A stretch of DNA of 51,965 nt from Chiloscyllium plagiosum (Eukaryota), in contig NC_057751.1 of NCBI RefSeq assembly GCF_004010195.1, positions 15,546,241 to 15,598,205 of the forward strand. Reading direction: 5' to 3'. The notes under the pieces are model-generated. The model did not search any database and was not told the DNA's origin. It worked only from the letters and a program-made list of their open reading frames with translations. The position numbers and the translations under genes were made by a program. Shown here in pieces: positions 48,197 through 51,965 of the stretch (the stretch's first letter is position 1; every line of letters begins with the position of its first letter).

Positions 48197-49214
48197 GTAT
48201 CAACAAGGATCATAGGAGCTTAATTCGATGGGCATTTGTCACATAGCAGTTCCTACCATATCAGACTACTGGATGCAAAAGTCACAATGCAAAGCTAGAA
48301 TAGGGCTCTTCTCCATTCCTGCTTCAGAAACACATTAATTGTGTGATCGACACACTCTATGTACAAGTTAATGTTGTGTTGTCACTTCCCTCAACAGTTT
48401 CTCTGTGAAAGTATCGGAACCCCGGTGAGACGGTAACCACAGCCACGGAGGTGGATTGAGAGCAAATACTGTGCACAGACAGTTAAGCCAAGCTCGTTGG
48501 ACAGCCTTTTCTTCAGGGGAAGCAGCTGAACACACAGCTGATGTCGACCAGCGTCCCCAGTTGCTTGGCAATGCGAGCCGATGCCAGGATACAGAACACA
48601 GATCGCCTGCCAGTGAAAACGCCAGCTGCTCAATAGAAAGAGAAGGGGGAACCGTAGAAACGGTCTCTGGAAGCAGGGCATGGGTTTTTGTGCCAATATT
48701 AGCAGAGTGTGGAGGAGAAAGCGGGGAGAGCAGCATTTACACTGGCAAGCTTGCTGTGGAACATAGCCAGTTTTGAATCCCCTGCTGTGTGAACTTAACA
48801 CTGCCACTCGTGGAAGCTCCTCCGTATCGCACAAATCTCCAAGGCACAAATCACACGGACAGATAAATATTAGAGACACCATCAAGTTAGGGCTGCTCCG
48901 CAGTTTGAGTCCAGTCTGCCTTGAGAGACTCTCTGCTAATTCGAAAAGGACAATAAACACAGGAATTGAATGGCTACAGACTGCATTAATCAACTCTTGA
49001 GCATCTTCGATGCATTCAAAAGCAAGCATCAGGTCCAGCGCTGAGGACTACTCTTCTTTCAACTCTTCCACTCAACATTACTCAACAGTAGCTTAAAAGC
49101 ATTTACTCAACAACTTCACCACTATCAAACAATGTAAGGTATCGCAAAACATAAAACCTTCGGAAAATGAAAAGATGTCAAACTATACAGCAAGAGGAGC
49201 TTGGTATCTTCTCC

Positions 49215-49470
49215 TGGCAATACCTGTCCTGAGAGTGTTTGACGGGACAGTGTAAAGAAAGCTTTACTCTGGATCTAGCCCCAACTGTATCTGTCCTGGG
49301 AGTGTTTGATGGGAGACAAGGTAGAGAGAGCTTTATTCTGTACCTAACCCCATGCTATATCTGAATGTTCAATGGGACAGTGTAGAGGAAGCTTTATTCT
49401 GTATCTAACCTTGTGCTATGTCTGTCCTGGGAGCGGACAGTGTTGTGGCTTCACTCTCCCATACTGTTTG
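49215..49470. repeat. Second array of the 69-bp tandem repeat
   Basis: Same unit as 2710-3035 (gggacagtgta.ag..agcttta.tctg.atcta.ccc). Confidence 0.9.
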
Positions 49471-49917
49471 ACCTGGGCTGACACAGGTGTCTCAAATGGA
49501 AGGTGTTTCAGTTCCAGTCATAACGTGTCATTTTAATACAGAACTTCTCAAACCTTCACTCAGGTTTGTCTTTGATGATTGATGGCTTTACACAGTGCGC
49601 CATATGAACAGCTGCCCACGAAATATTTTTAAACACTACAGCTTCTGCTGTTTTCAAACAATACAAAGCTTTGAATCCAAACAGGCAGACAGATCTGCGG
49701 TGTCAGTATCTCATCAAGTATTGCAAAATTCATTGCAACATATCCCTACTTTGATGAATGGGAGATATACAAAGAGCAGCAAATCACACCAAAGCAAATA
49801 TCTGTTGCTCTCCTTCCTCCTGTAAGATACTCTCTAAGGCTGACCTATTTAACCAAACCTTTGGTTATCCCACCAAATGTCTCCTTAACTGGCTCAGAAG
49901 AGACATCCAATGAAGAC

Positions 49918-50160
49918 GAGAGAGATTTTAAAAAGACATGAAGGGCAAATGTTTTCCACAGAGGGTGGTTCGCGTGTGGAATGAACTTCCTGAGGAAGTG
50001 GTGGATGTCAGTACAGTGACAGCATTTCAAAGACATTTAGATAAGTCAATAAATAGGAAAGGTTTGAAGGGATATGGGCCCAGAGCAGGCAGGTGGGACG
50101 AGTTTAGTTTGGACTGGTTAAACCATAAGGCCTGTTTCTGTGCTGTATGACTCTTTGACT
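49918..50160 (+). mobile_element. CR1 3' tail
   Basis: FPQRVVRVWNELPEEVV and a tgtatgactctttgact tail. Confidence 0.88.
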
Positions 50161-50539
50161 CCAAGCCAACTTTCAGTCCCTGAAGCGTGTTCCACTGTTT
50201 AATATTATTGTGACTGATCTGACACCATATAGCACATATCCTTTAATACCTTTGGCTGTTAAAAACCTATGAGTTACAGATTTAAAGTTTTCAGTTGATC
50301 TAACATCAATGACACTGTGTGAAATAGAACTCCAAACTGGTACCACTTTCTGAGGGAGAAATGTTTTCTGATTTCACTCTTAAAAGGACCAGTTCTGAAT
50401 CCCTGGATAGCATCTCCTTCTCTTTGACTACCCCAACCAACAGAAATAGTTCCTCTCCATCTTACCTGTCTGACACCTTTACTATCTTTAAAACTTCATT
50501 CTTATCACCCTTTAACCATCTCATTTACAGGGAATACAA

Positions 50540-51012
50540 TCCCACTTGCTTGGATGAGTGCAACTCCAACAACACTCAAGAAGCTCAACATTATCCAAGA
50601 CAAAGCAGCCTGTTTATTGGGCACTATATCTACAAACATTCATTCCCCCGACTACCGATGCTCAGTAGCAGCAGTGTGTACTATCTACAAGGTGCACTGC
50701 AGAAATTCACCAAAGGTCCTGAGACATCACCTTCCAAACCCATGACCACTTTCTTCAAGAAAGACACAGACAGGAGATATGTGGGAGCACCCTGCAAGTT
50801 CCCCTCCAAGTCACACACCATCCTGACTTGGAAATATATTGTTGTTTCTTCAGGGTCATTGGATCAAAATCCTGGAACTCAACCAGCATCATGAGTGTAC
50901 CAATGCCAAATGGACTGTAGCGGTTCAATAACGACTACCTTCGCACAAGGACTAGGGAGTGGGCATTAAAGATGGCCCTGCCAATGAAGGTTACATCCTC
51001 TGAATGAATAAA
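50540..51012 (+). mobile_element. Second LINE family 3' end
   Basis: WMSATPTTLKKLNIIQDKAACLLG and a tail ending in gaatgaataaaaa. Confidence 0.85.
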
Positions 51013-51489
51013 AAGACAAGCATGTACAATTCCCCTACAAGGTCCAAGTGTCACTCTGATAAATCGACAGTGCTGTCCCTGCCCAAGCCCAATATATCAT
51101 ACCTCAGGTGTGGGCTGCAGAATTACTCATAGTAACTCCAAGTTTGGTCAAGCCAAGGCTCTGTGTCAGTGAAGCACAATTTCTACCCTCTTGTGTTCTT
51201 CCTGATTACTTTCTGTCCCTGTCCATGATATTTTAAGAGGTTATCTACACAAGCAGCCAAATGTGTCAATCCCCACTTTGCTTACATTTGCTTACACTGA
51301 AATCCAATTTTGCTCAGTTCACTGCATCTGTCAATATCTCTTGGGAATTTTATGGATCCATCTACCTTTGTGTCAGCAGCCAGCATGCATTTGTGGCTTT
51401 CTATCTCAGAGTTTTCAAAGTTATTTAAGGTAAAGGCGCCATAGTCCCAGTGAACCAAAGGTTAGTCTCTCTTCAGAAAGGGATGGGGA

Positions 51490-51965
51490 TATACCGACTA
51501 GAGAAGGTGCAAAACTTGACCTACTCTTGGGAAATAAGGCAGGGCAGGTGACTGAGGTGTCAGTGGGGGAGCACTTTGGGGCCAGCGACCATAATTCTAT
51601 TCTTTTTAAAATAGTGATGGAAAAGGATAGACCTGATCTAAAAGTTGAAGTTCTAAATTGGAGAAAGGCCAATTTTGACGGTATTAGGCAAGAACTTTCA
51701 AAAGCTGATTGGGGGCAGATGTTCACAGGTAAAGGGACAGCTGGAAAATGGGAAGCCTTCAGAAATGAGATAACAAGAATCCAGAGAAAGTATATTCCTC
51801 TCAAGGTGAAAGGGAATGCTGGATGACTAAAGAAAATTAGGGTTTGTTAAGAAAAAGAAGGAAGCATATGTCAGGTATAGACAGGATAGATCGAGTGAAT
51901 CCTTAGAAGAGTATAAAGAAAGTAGGAGTATACTTAAGAGGGAAATCAGGAGGGCAAAAAGGGGA
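51490..51965 (+). mobile_element. CR1/HER1 LINE ORF2 fragment (APE C-terminus onward), runs off the window end
   Basis: TREGAKLDLLLGNKAGQV..GEHFGASDHNSI..LNWRKANFDGIR, highly similar to the reverse complement of 10280-10695. Confidence 0.93.

Noticed and set aside
35220..51965. bmp1 exon 1 (signal peptide, ..DYKDPCKA)
   Set aside because: No matching coding sequence or donor found by eye. It is presumably beyond the window.
8085..51965. Intact retrotransposon or functional RT gene
   Set aside because: All RT, APE and GIY-YIG remnants are fragmented by stops, frameshifts and deletions.

Overview
Eukaryotic, repeat-rich genomic DNA from a cartilaginous fish, most likely a shark, judged from HE1-type V-SINEs, HER1/CR1 LINEs and DeuSINEs. 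The whole window lies inside the 5' part of a minus-strand bmp1 (BMP1/tolloid astacin metalloprotease) gene. Five coding exons can be spliced by GT-AG rules: 35219-35109, 5803-5720, 4927-4775, 3794-3677 and 134-<1. They give prodomain, furin site and the N-terminal catalytic domain with the HExxHxxGxxH zinc motif. The signal-peptide exon was not found and probably lies beyond 51965. The rest is intron packed with retroelement relics: CR1, L2, a second CR1/L2-group LINE, three SINE families, Penelope-like (PLE) fragments and a 69-bp tandem repeat. Nearly all ORFs in the supplied track are repeat-derived or chance. Most notable observations: (1) an 84-nt extra prodomain exon absent from the ORF track; (2) short PLE-derived fold-back insertions carrying hammerhead-ribozyme cores, three of them bounded by exact 14-bp target-site duplications; (3) multi-layer nested insertions and a rearranged LINE; (4) a perfect 20-bp hairpin. 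There is no prokaryotic-type system. Repeat boundaries are approximate (about +/-20 nt), and family names come from recalled consensus motifs, not from database searches.
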